DNA of 63,490 nt, counting the filler, from Choristocarpus tenellus KU-1152 (Eukaryota; Protista; Phaeophyceae), in assembly GCA_964200185.2 (NCBI GenBank). It is 10 parts of 10 records of this genome, joined end to end, with 100 filler letters (N's around TTAATTAATTAA, not from the genome) between each part and the next. Parts side by side here need not be neighbours in the genome. Positions count along the whole stretch, not along the records: positions 12,801 to 16,690 come from CAXNAD020017335.1; positions 16,791 to 22,643 come from CAXNAD020009589.1; positions 22,744 to 29,476 come from CAXNAD020007470.1; 7 more parts are not named here. One strand, given 5' to 3'. Numbering within the stretch: position 1 is the stretch's first letter; the number at the start of each line of letters is the position of its first letter. Positions 13,066 through 24,693 of the stretch are shown here, piece after piece. The notes beneath the pieces are model-generated. The model searched no databases. It was not told where the DNA came from and saw nothing but the letters and a program-made list of their open reading frames with translations. The position numbers and the translations under genes are program-made.

Positions 13066-14693
13066 ATGTCTTCTGCATCCAATGGGGAGGACCTGAGTTT
13101 GGAGCTCCAAGTATTGGAATCACAGCTCGAGCAGCTTGTCGCTCTCCTTCCAGGAGTCGACTCTGACAGCCCTCTATTATCTTTGAAGGTATATGGTTAG
13201 TGTGAAGACTGCTGCTTGGGACACCTATTGCACTACAGGCCCTAGTGCGCAATAGAAGAGATTATTCTGGTGTTGTAGACTGCTTGATCAGTTGTGATTC
13301 ACGGTTTATATTGCTATGTTCACCATCAGAGCTTGGTGGGCCTGAGTTGGCAAAGATATTCCAAGTCTCTATACCCTCACAGCCTCCACCTACCAAGAGT
13401 TGAAACCTGCTAACCCGTCCGTGATTTCAACTTATCAGAATGAGTTGACTGCTACCATCCAAGATGTTCGCGTCCGTCTGGAACAATCCTCAAGAGACTT
13501 CGCCTTCAAGGTTGGGGATGTGTGCTTGGCGCCCCGATTCTTCGATAGGCGACTAGCAAAGGCTGTTGTGGAGAGTATGAACGAATCCATTGGGACGGCC
13601 ACCGTATCATGGTTGCACCCCAGACAGCGGCGCGAGATCCCCTGTAGGTTTTGGAGACAGGTGTGACGTAGATATCTATAGATCCATACTATCATTGCTA
13701 AGTACGGGTATTAACCTAACAACAGGCTTGAAACAGTAGGCATTGATCGATCTAAGATTTTGATGGACCAAAGTATCGAGTCTGAAGGCACAGTTTATGC
13801 TCCATACCCCTTTTCTAGGATATTATTTCCGTTATCTAGTTGGTGCCTCCACGTTTTTTATCCTCATAGCTGTACGTATGACAAATGCGATTGGTCTTGC
13901 CTCGAACGCACGTTCGACTCAAGTGACGATATCGCTATCGGTTCTGGTTTTCAACCCCAACCATAACCCTGCCAAGACAAGTTGCATACTGAGCTCGTCA
14001 CTGACCCTTCACTACTGGTTTGCACCGGCCTTGTGTTTCTTATCACAGGCCGAGGGCTGTAATCGAGCCGGTCCGGACTGTTCCTTTTCCCATGGTGTAG
14101 AGTTCCCCACTTCAGTATTACAGCACATCCTTGAAAGTAGAACTGAGGACACGTCAGGAGAGGAGCAAAGCTTGCCAGTGGGAATTGAGGCTGGGTCCAA
14201 AATCTTAGCAAAGTTCCGCGATCAAGTATGGTATGAAGCAACTGTCGTTGACCGAGCTGAAGACGACCAGTTTCTCCTTGTAGAGTTCAAGGGCTACGAG
14301 GATACTCCTGAGCGCATCCCAGCCAAGGCCTCACACATGGCTCCATTTGAGGACAATGAAGCAGTCACTGGCGGAGATGAAGATGGTCATGGTGAGAGCG
14401 ACCTGGAGGATGCATGGGCAGACGTCCCCATTCCAGGTGTGCGGGGGCGAGAGGTTGCTGGGAACAAGGACACAGGCAATAGCAGCAGTGAGATATCCCA
14501 AGGCAGTGTGAGAGTAATAGGATTCCTGGATAGGTCCCAGGGGGGGAGAAGAGCTGGAGGAGATGCAGAGGGGGGTCTGTTTGGCGATGCCTACATGGTG
14601 GGTGAGTGGGAACAGCACACAAAAGGGTTTGGATCACGGATGCTATCAAGGATGGGCTATCGCCGCGGAGAAGGTCTGGGAAAGGACAAGCAG
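13066..14693 (+). CDS. ZGPAT: ZGPAT-like protein (N-terminal coiled coil, Tudor-like region, CCCH zinc finger, Tudor, G-patch); exons 13066-13188, 13439-13660, 14049-14693; 3' exons not identified
   Basis: Phase-0 GT-AG introns with a CTAAC branch before 13438. CCCH finger split across an intron: CRFWRQ|AEGCNRAGPDCSFSH. Tudor-like AKFRDQVWYEATVV...VEFKGY. G-patch GEWEQHTKGFGSRMLSRMGYRRGEGLGKDKQ. Confidence 0.88.
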
Positions 14694-16615
14694 GTACGAG
14701 ATTGCTACCCTCACTCCCTCTTATTGAGGTTTGACTCATTTCAATTTCTTCGGAGTAGGAGAGACAAGTCTTCCGATTTTTGCCTACACTCCTTGTATCC
14801 TGCATGTTCACTGTAGAGTCTCCTTGACGTCCATGGCTTCCCATCTTTGCCCAGACCTCCTTCTATCCTTCATGATGGCTGTAGAGTCCCCTTGATGTCG
14901 ATAGCTCAACTTCTTTTGTTGTTGTTGAAGCAATGCAATGGAATACCTTTGAGACCTGGACAGGGCTTCTGTTACACCGCTGAGTTTGTTACACCTGTCA
15001 AAATATTGATACATCTCTGTACCTTCTAGGGAGATAGTTATTTGACATACTGCTTTGACGGAACAGTTGTATGACAATATTGGACAAAAATCAGAGGTCG
15101 GGGTTCTTTCTGGCTTAAATCTGTTGGCCATCAACCCAATAGTCATGCACTCTCCTCAAGCAGTCATCTCAATCTTCATGCTTCCCCTCCGTCTGTTCCA
15201 TACACCGAACAAATCATTATTTTATTCATTTGTGCTTAACAAATCAGTAGACAAGACGTACATATACTAACATTTGTATGTAATAATGGTTAAAAGGAAT
15301 AGTGAAGATTTACAAACCGTTTCTACCTACGAGTCCTACACCACATATCATGTACTGAGTACACTCAATGTTTGAGGAATGATGTACAAATCCCGATTTG
15401 TTGACTTCACCTTTTTGGCCAACAGGTATGAGTGATTTTTTCCTAGTCGTGGAGAGAAGATAGTCGTGTATTGTTGATGTATCCCTTATCCCATCTTCAA
15501 GTACAAAACTTAGCTTACTGCTATTGCTGTAGTCATTACATACATTCCGTACTTGGTTCCCTTCTTGTTCTATGATAGAATAAGTGTTTCCCCCCCCCCA
15601 TTCTTAGCAGACGCATTGTGGAAGCCCCAGTAGTGTACTTCGTGACACGAAATCTCTAGTGAGTCATGTCCCCATGTCTGGAACCTGCTGTGGTCGCCCT
15701 TTAGTTTTCTAGGTTGAATACATGTGCCCGTATGTCGGTGGTCAGTACTTGCATATTGCATATCAGCATTACAAATCCTGTGGTAAAACATGGGCAAACA
15801 GGTGTCGGTACAACTCATCCTCTGTGAAGTGTGTGCAACTATTTTTTGTGCCACATGCCCATCTATGAAACGTGTACAACGGTTTGTTGGTATCACTCTC
15901 ACCCTCTGCAAAATGGTAGGGTGGTACCAATAAGTTTACTTGAATTCCTCCCTGATGATTGGTGAATGTGATCACATGTTGGACAAATCATAAATCTTTG
16001 AGTTATCGACATCTCGCAAGGTTGTTGAGAGATCTGTCCTGCACCGGTCTCAGAAGGAGAAATAGAAATAAAAATAGGTGTAAATGATATGGGATCCATA
16101 AATGAAAGAGCGAGCTCCTTATTTGTTGATTTGTAAGGGTGTGCCCAAACATAAACTACTCAGATTTTTGACAAGAATGACCATAGATTATTCGGAAATC
16201 GATATATATTCTGCAAGTTGGATTTGATTTGATTTGATTTGATTTGAAATATTAGTCCAATGTGTGGCTTGTTACATGCCCCCACCACTCACCCCCCTCC
16301 ACCCACCACAATACACACACTACCATCCACACCAGCNNNNNNNNNNTTTTTTTTTTTTTTTTGGTTTTTATAGATTTAGTCGCTGGGGGGGTTGTTTTGC
16401 GCCCCCCCCCCCCCCCCCCCCCCACATCACCCATTCAAGTAGTCCTTGTACATTTCCTCTAGTCCCCTAGTCCCCTCCCTGATTGTTCAGGTGATTGATG
16501 TATTGGTTCATTGATTGTCAGGTTCTAAGTGACAGCTATCATATGCATCCTTCACCTGTCTCCTACTTCACATTTCCATGTCCTTGCATATGGTATTGAT
16601 ACAATTGGAAAACCT

Positions 16616-16663
<48 letters not shown>

Positions 16664-16790
16664 ACCGCTTCCTCCCCCGGCCAGCCGCCCNNNNNNNNNN
16701 NNNNNNNNNNNNNNNNNNNNNNNNNNNNNNNNNNTTAATTAATTAANNNNNNNNNNNNNNNNNNNNNNNNNNNNNNNNNNNNNNNNNNNN

Positions 16791-17040
16791 TCTCCTTCCT
16801 GTCACTCACATCCCGCCCCCGCCCCTCACCCCCCTGCTCCTGCTCCTGCTTCTGCTCCCCCTCCCCCTCCCCCTCCCCCTCCCCCTCCTTCGATCCGCGA
16901 TTTTCCTCATCAATAATTTTGATCCCAACTCCACCGGTGGGGGACGACAATATCTGCCCCGACCTTTCTGCTGCCTCCACCCCCTCCCCCCCTCCGTCCA
17001 CATCACCATTGCCAACGCCTGATAGTAGGTCGAACAACTC
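16791..17040 (-). CDS. Isolated probable exon (ELFDLLSG...GIKIIDEENRG, then a G/E low-complexity run)
   Basis: Strong pyrimidine tract plus CAG acceptor at ~17041; frame open to the contig end. Resembles the kinesin motor motif IYNEELFDLL, but no other motor motif was found. Confidence 0.4.
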
Positions 17041-18867
17041 CTGGTTCGTAGGTGGGTAAAATTCGGGTTGGTTGAAGAAGAGAACCGTGGAGATAAATAA
17101 AAGTAAAAGAAAATAGATGATTTTTAATTAATTTCTACACTATCGGGGGAGTAGGCACACAAACAAAAAAAATCATCGCTGTGTCTGGATTACTTTTTTT
17201 TTTTAATCTATCTTCTTTTTTTTTCGATTATTACTATTATTTTTTTTAATTGAAACGAGCAACTCTAGGTATCACCGGCTGTTCTTGCACTGAAACGTCG
17301 ACATTAGAAAGGGAGAGGTTTTACACTCTTCTGTCGCGAAAATCACAAACTTACTACTGTAGAATCAATTTCTTAGATTTTTCTTCCAGGTCCATCAAAT
17401 ACTTCCTACTTTACACAGGCACAAGTTGGACAACGTGCGTGCGAGACTCTTCTTCTATTTTTTCCTTTACAGTTACAGTGTTAAAAAGATACAACATCAA
17501 GAGTAGGAACATTGAGAATCCAATACTCCCATCTGAAGGGCAACTGCCACTGCCACTGTGTAAATGTGTACAGAAAGGTGAGTGGAATGTCTCACCATGT
17601 GCACAAACCAGCCACGAAATGGTCTGGAAGAAAAAAAAAGCACAAAAATTAGCTCATCTCCTTCTACTAAAGCAAAAAAAAACTTCAAGTCTCCTGTGCA
17701 GTCCCTCCAACCATATCGATATCTCTTGTTGTCTCCTGATTAAAAGATGGGAATTGACTTGCTATATGTAAGCACTGAATAAGATAGGAATTGACATCGT
17801 GTGGGGGTCTTCCATCCAGGTTCACATCGTATTTTACACAGAATTTGGTAGACACTATCCCAGCATCACAGGAGGGTAACCCCATTCAAAATCGCACTAC
17901 ATCATGCCATAGACACACCACAACACACACACACATACACACTACCCCCTTCCCCTAACCCTAATTTACATTTTTCAAGAAATATTGAGCGGGGACTTCT
18001 CACAACAATGTGAGTGTCAAAAATTTGAAGCTTAAGTTGGGGGGGAGGGGTGGGGAGGACACAATGATAACATCAGTAAATCGGTATCCAATTCAACGGA
18101 CACATGAAAGAGGATAAAGGGACGAAATTTACACTGCCAGAGCACAGAATGCAATCAACTTGGTTAACGTTTGCCCTTGTCCTGGTGCCTGTGTCCATCT
18201 TTGACAGTTACCATTGTAGCGTTTTTCACTTTCATCTCTCCCATCTCATGGAAAAAAACTAGAGGGGAAACATTCTTTAAAAAATAATCCTACAACAGCG
18301 ACGGTATTGATGTGGTACCTCCATGAGAAAGGACTTGGGAATTAGGTGGTCAAAAACAGCATTGCTCTGTAGTGTACATGTTGCCTCCCCATTAGCACGG
18401 CAGAGAGTGGCCAGGAAAACAGGCCCAGGAGTCCCACAACCACGAAGCAGTAGAAAGTATCGTCTATAGCACACTTTTGTTACAAGAGTTTCCACACTCC
18501 AACACACACAACACCTGCTCCTTCTCCTCAACCCTCAATACAGGAGGGGGTAAACGTCGCATGTCACACAAACAGTGGTTGCAAGCAAACTCGACATCAT
18601 GTTCCGGAGATTTCAACCCTAACCCTAACCTCATTTCACTGACATGCGCTTACCATCTGGCATGAACCTACTCTGCCCACTACATCCTTCACACACCTAG
18701 CGATGTAACTATTCCGTCTCATCCGATGCTCCATAAACACCAAGTGTCGACTATAATCGATTTTTTATGGTTATGTTTATGTCACCAGTCAGGCATGTTA
18801 CCTGCAATATATTTTCCTATTTCAAAATAGTATCATTTGTACGTTGTTATCGCAGACAGCAATTCAC

Positions 18868-20109
18868 CTTTTCTCCAACTTGTGGATGTGATCCCCCCTC
18901 CATTCCTTCCACAGAAAAGGGCTCTCCCCCCAGTCTCCTGATCGCTCGCCGCAATTCTAGCAGCCACTGCCCCACTCTTATCCCCCCGGCAGCGCTCGTG
19001 AAGGTAATTGTACCACGCTCAGGGCTGATTAGGTGTAGGAATTGCTTCGAAAGGGAAACGAAGTGCATGGATTTCGGGGGGGGCGCAGGGAGCAACCCAG
19101 CATGGAGGAAGATCGATTTTGAGTTGAAAATTTCATTGCTCTGTTTTCCAATTGCCAGCTTGCCCTAATGAGCCGATACAAATCAGCCACCTATCTCGTA
19201 TTCCTTTACAAGGAGTATATGCGCTCCAAGATGAAATATTCAAAATATGAAATCCAGGAATTCAGATTGGCAAAACAGTAGTAGATTATCACAATGGGTA
19301 TCGAGGTGTAGGTAGGCTGTGAGCCTTTTCGCTCACCCCCAATTTTTTATTAACATAAACGAGGAAACATTTAAAGAATCGACGGTACCACATACTGTCT
19401 TGAAGGTCTGCTTTCCCGCCGAAATCGGACACACGCACCTAAGTTACTTGGTCAACATAAACATATCAAGGCTGGTAAAAAAACCCTTGCAAATAACATT
19501 CCCAATATAGGCATTTACAGCATACCCTACCCAAACTATAGAGTTGATCAAGCAATAGTAGTTTACTGATTACCGCGATGTCGGTATGGAGGTATTGGAA
19601 CGGAACGATCTCAAGTACGTATCACTAGGTTGCCACAGTTTATGAACAAACGATATAGCATATCATCATGACAGCAAGGCGGCATAAAAGGAAGTTGGGG
19701 AAGAAGTAAAGATCACTGATTCGCAACCAACGTAAAACAGTCAAAGGGAGTCTAATAATGCTCGGTCTGTATTACCAATCCCCCTTCCTCGACCCAAGGA
19801 TAAGCACACCTCTTCGCCTTGATACCGGGATTCTACCGTGGCGTCCTCGGATAAGGTTATCGCCTCAAGAGGCTCATCGTGAATCTCCCATGACTCCTCG
19901 GTGGCATACACCAGCACCGTTGAATGTTCGAGCACCATAAACCTGTTCCGTCTGCCCCAAGACAGGCCTATCACCATGGAAACCTGCACCACCACATCGC
20001 CTTTGATATCGCCATGACTACCAGGCTGTGGGTCTTGCTCCCAAAGACCGTCTAGACTGGTTGTCGTCTCCCACGGCATAACCTCGAGTCCACGAGGCCT
20101 GATAGACAT
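18868..20109 (-). CDS. PH-like domain protein; first two exons 20109-19810 and 19164-18868; later exons uncertain (possibly to ~17685)
   Basis: Phase-0 junction GAG|gtgtgc...cattag|GGC. SWGRRNRFMVLEHSTVLVYATEE...PLEAITLSEDATVE resembles PH beta-strands; GQWLLELRRAI resembles the PH C-terminal Trp helix. Confidence 0.6.
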
Positions 20110-20699
20110 CTCTGCCTTAGGAAAGTATAACTAATGTCAATACGGTATAATTTGAGACTAAACCAATCGCTCCTTACTAGAATTGGCGTGGATTGTATGT
20201 ATATTAGTAGTTGTAGTTGGTAATTGCACAATATGAGGTATATAGGGACATAGAGAGTAGTTCTAAGGAACTTTTTTGAAACATACTCTTTTTTGAATCG
20301 GGACAGGAGCAACAATATTACCAACAACATATATTTTATTATTATCTTCGGTATATATAATATTATATATTTTATCTAGGACATTTTGGAGCACATTGCA
20401 AAATAATAAAATTATATAACTATACGTACAACTACTATATCCATAACCAAAAGTGCTGGGAATATATATTGATTCTCATATTATGGATATGCTTGTTCTA
20501 GGGGTACCAATACGATATGTGTCTAGGATTGTCCCATAACTTTTGATGTAGACATCGGATATAAAAAATAAAAGCATATTTCTTATGCCCATGACAATAT
20601 CCTCGGAGTATTAGAGTACAGGCTTCGGGGGGGGTTTTGGCCATATTTTTCTATTCTTGAAGAAAGACTCACCAGTGGTCAGAATGATTTCATTTGTAC

Positions 20700-22300
20700 A
20701 CTTTCTGAAGAAACACGAAAGATGTATTGTATACACAACCTCAGCCTATTTATCAATCCACCATTGCTAGTTTTGTGCTGGGCCTCACATCTCCAGTTTA
20801 AATATAACTGCATCATACATTCGAGTTTCTTGTTGAGGGGTTAGGGCTCTGGGAGGTGCTGGTCAGGTGGAAGAAGGGTTGTTGCAGGGTACATTATGGT
20901 TGCTGGGGTAGACTTCATGCGGGAATGTATTCATACAGGAAGGGATCAGATCAGGGTTTGTCTCTCAAGGAAATAATGTCAACTACTTGCCACTTGCAAA
21001 AATTAACCTAATGAACTAAACTTCAAAGGACACCAAGGAGGCAACATAGGATCAAGTGAGATTGCTTTCTAAGATGAAGACGTCATTTGTTGGGGAGTTG
21101 GAGGTATTATCATGAGATGGGTATGTGTGTGCCGATGTGCCTGTGGACATTAAACGCACAAGAAAAAACGCTCAGGCAAACAATATAAACTACTCCACTC
21201 CAAGCATAGGCCATTGTGCACTCCCCTCATAGATATCAGCCATGGAGAGAGACAATGTCCAGCTAATGATTAGGTAGGAGAATGGTTGAGTGTTCTCCTT
21301 CCATGGGAAAGGGGGTGTGTGCTGTCTGGATGAGAAAAATCAATCACCTCAACACAGGTTCAAACCCTGGATTGTAGGTCAACAAGAGTGGCAAAAGATA
21401 CGCTATTACTTGATTGAAGTAAAGGACTTAGGTGGGAAGAAAGCCCCCCCACCCGTTCTTCCTGTGTGTTCGCGCACCCACTCTTTGACCTCGGCAAGGA
21501 TGGCCTCGTCTAGGCCCAGAACGAAACGCCTCTCGTCGTGCCCTTGCTCCGACATCTTGATTTGGCCCTTAGTTAGGAAGTCTCTCTCCCATTTACTCAC
21601 AGTTTCCGACCTGACCATCGCATATCCTATGCCATCTCGACCGGTCACTCTGGTTCTCCCTTCACCCGCCGTGACCAGGCTTCCACACAGACTTCGTCAC
21701 TGTATCACAACTGGTGATGGACTCGCCGCTCTCTTCCTGCTTTCCCGAGACGGCAGAGACTGCAGAGCAGTGCTCCGACGTGGTTGAAGATCCAACCACG
21801 TTTGCGTAGCAATGCTTTCCACACATCTTCTCTCAGCGTCAGTGTCGCGGCCGCGAGGTCCATTGCGCGATTTGATCATGCTGCTGCGTCACAGTACACC
21901 CACTTTCTCGTCACCTAACATCGCAACAAATGTCACACTGTACTTTTTTTGTCAGCTCTTGACAGAGAAGGTGCCGAGGGTAGATCCAGGGGGCAGAGTG
22001 GCCTCGGAGGCTCTCCTTGTATCACCGTCGTGGTTCTGGTTGCTGTGTGGATCACGTGTGTGTGTGCTATTAAAAGGTCTGCAAATGGCGCTAAAAAGAT
22101 GCCCGCAAATCTTGCTTTTTTTCGGTATTGCCACAAGCAAAATATTTGGTCAGGGGTCTACCCCGAATCAGTTTTTTGGGGGGAATTCAGCCAACCGCTT
22201 CATTTTTGTACTTTTTGAGGTTGTGACCATCAAATTTGCAGCGGAGATGGTCCCCCACGTTTTTGCCATTCTTGACCGGGGCATAGTTCCCGTTCACTGA
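20700..22300 (-). mobile_element. Degenerate DNA-transposon (IS630/Tc1-mariner-related) remnant
   Basis: ETVSKWERDFLTKGQIKMSEQGHDERRFVLGLDEAILAEVKEWVREH resembles the N-terminal region of eukaryotic IS630-like transposases. Downstream sequence is full of stops and frameshifts. Boundaries approximate. Confidence 0.4.
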
Positions 22301-22528
22301 AGTTAGTACGTTCCTGCATATAAATCTTCAACACCACCTCTTCGCATAATAAGCTTTCATTTGATATTTATGTTGTAGTCTTCTTGTGGAAAGACTGAAA
22401 AAAAGCAAGATTGCTCCAGGACGCTAAGCTATTGGTACCACTTTATAATAGATAGTGTGTGTTATTACTGCAAAAGTGTATCTCTCCACAAGTGTCGTGT
22501 GTTCCGATTTGGAGACACCAGGCAGATA

Positions 22529-22643
22529 ACAGCGGATCATGATAATGGCGGATGGATCATTTGATGGAGGATGGGTTTGACCGAAATGGTGCACGGAAAG
22601 TGCCCATATGTTTTTTTTGTAAATGTCATAAAACCTTTTTAGG
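22529..22643 (+). mobile_element. Short repeat/MITE family C; also 29332-29476, 41407-41570, reverse 29690-29818, 32975-33030
   Basis: Shared ACAGYRGATCRWGATARTGGCGGATGGA...ATGGAGGATGG...AAATGGTG...CGGAAAGTGCCCRTATG in several copies, often at contig ends. Confidence 0.85.
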
Positions 22644-23531
22644 NNNNNNNNNNNNNNNNNNNNNNNNNNNNNNNNNNNNNNNNNNNNTTAATTAATTAAN
22701 NNNNNNNNNNNNNNNNNNNNNNNNNNNNNNNNNNNNNNNNNNNTGTGAGAAGGTGTGTGTGGGGGGGGGGGGGGGGTGAGGGGGGGGGGGGGGGGGGGGG
22801 TGGAGTCGGAGGGGCCAGTAGTCAAGTGATTGACAAGCCCTTAGGCAAAAGCCAATGCCTTTTCTTGATGAAGGGTAGCTGAGACTATGATAAGTGTCAT
22901 TGCGTGTTTCTTTTTTACCAGACAAAAAAAGAGTTGACACTGTTGCGAGGGAGAATGATTTTAGCCATTATGGGCCATTATGGTAATTTTTTAAACCGTT
23001 TCGATTTGCCACATTCCATGCTCCACAATATTCTGCAACTGGGTTCAAATTAATTTCCCCACTCAGTGCTTTAGTGGTTTGGTTATTCCTATGTTGAATC
23101 TGAGAGGTGGTGCTGTCATCAATAGGTTGCTATTATTATTATTATTATTATTGACTCACCTGAAGTGAACAAAATATGATGTACAGTACTTTTTTTTTAG
23201 TAGCATTTCAAAAGGAGAGCTCCGCTGACTGTTGCAGAGCAGACATGGAAGGTTCTTATCGTATAAAAATATCGTATTTCAATATCATGTATCAATATCA
23301 TCTATCCCCATTGATAAAAGGTTGACTCTAGTTGACCCTCAAGCATCTAAATATATACATACATATATTTTTGGTACTCTTTTATTTTTACGAGTTACCA
23401 TCTTCCTGCCACTTACTCTTTTTTTGTATTTCCGTTTGTGTTAAAAAATAATAAAATATAATACTGTCTATTCCGCTCTTCAATTTTTTTTTTGATGGTT
23501 TATTTCATCTTACTCTCCTGCCTCACTCCAC

Positions 23532-23574
<43 letters not shown>

Positions 23575-23604
23575 GTGTGTTCTACTCTTTGGTTTGGTTC
23601 ACAG

Positions 23605-24661
23605 GGAGCGCCCTCTCGGGCAGTCTCCCGGCTAGTAGCCCAGGCAAACCAGGACGGAGCAGACTACATGTACCAGATAAATGATGATACAATCTTCATC
23701 ACGCCTAGATGGGCGGAGGTGTTTGCCACAGCCCTGCGTGATAATCCACTTGGGAGAAATGTTGGTGTGACTGGACCTGTTGACACCAACAACAAGCGTA
23801 TTCTTACTCATGCCTTTGTACACAGGTGCCTACGACAGGGGGGGGTGTACTTGACTGTCAGGAGCTGGAGTTTAAGGGGGGGGGNNNNNNNNNNTCCCGT
23901 GGTTTTCTGCTTTGTGCTACATTTTCGGTGTGCGTTGTTTTTTGCTTGGTGGTTGTTCTTGGGGGGGGGGAAGCTGTGGTTGTACCTCTATTTATTGGTT
24001 TGAATTTGTGTGTGTGTGTGTGTGTGTATGCTTTTTTGTATGTGAATGAATGAGACTAACCCTAACCCTAACCTGAGCCTAAGAATGTGCTTTGAACAGA
24101 GTATAAGCTCGATTGTGTGGAATGTAGACATAGAGTGATTTGACTATGAGTTGCAGATGTGGTATTTTCTTGGGAGGGGGAGGTGGGAGGGGGTTGGCAA
24201 TTGCAGAGGGTTGACTGTTTGATGAAGTGTAGTACTATTATTTGTGGTATTGACATGCTTGCTGTTGTTGGGGTTGAGTTTGAGGTGTTCTTTTCCACAT
24301 TTTGGAGGAGTGTTATTGCAGGTGCTTTGTATATTTTTTCGTGGAGGGAGGAGGGAAACCGGATGTTTTGGTTGGAGATGTGGAGGAGGAGGATTGAATT
24401 GAGGATTGAAGTCAGCATTGAAGTCATCATTGAAGTCAGCATTGAAGTCAGCATTGAAGTCAGCATTGAAGTCATCATTGAAGTCATCATTGACTAGAGT
24501 TGTTGACATGTACGCAAATCATTACTTCAGCTTTTGGGGTGTCCTTGAGGCCATCCTGCCTGTCGAATTTCCTCATGTGTCGAGTCTGTGGTGCTTGATC
24601 CCCAGTAGCTTGTTTGGCATATCTGTTTGAAACTGACTTTTTGAAATTGGTGTTGGTTTGT

Positions 24662-24693
<32 letters not shown>

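Noticed and set aside
13797-14048. Hydrophobic N-terminus of the 339-aa ORF as a membrane anchor
   Set aside because: Intron sequence; the CCCH finger is completed only by splicing 13660 to 14049.
14800-16100. Minus-strand coding-like fragments downstream of the ZGPAT exons
   Set aside because: Interrupted in all frames with no diagnostic motif; cannot be called.
24068-24630. ORFs with MLTS/FNAD/SIEV/SALK peptide repeats
   Set aside because: By-products of an intronic 12-bp minisatellite that is open in several frames.
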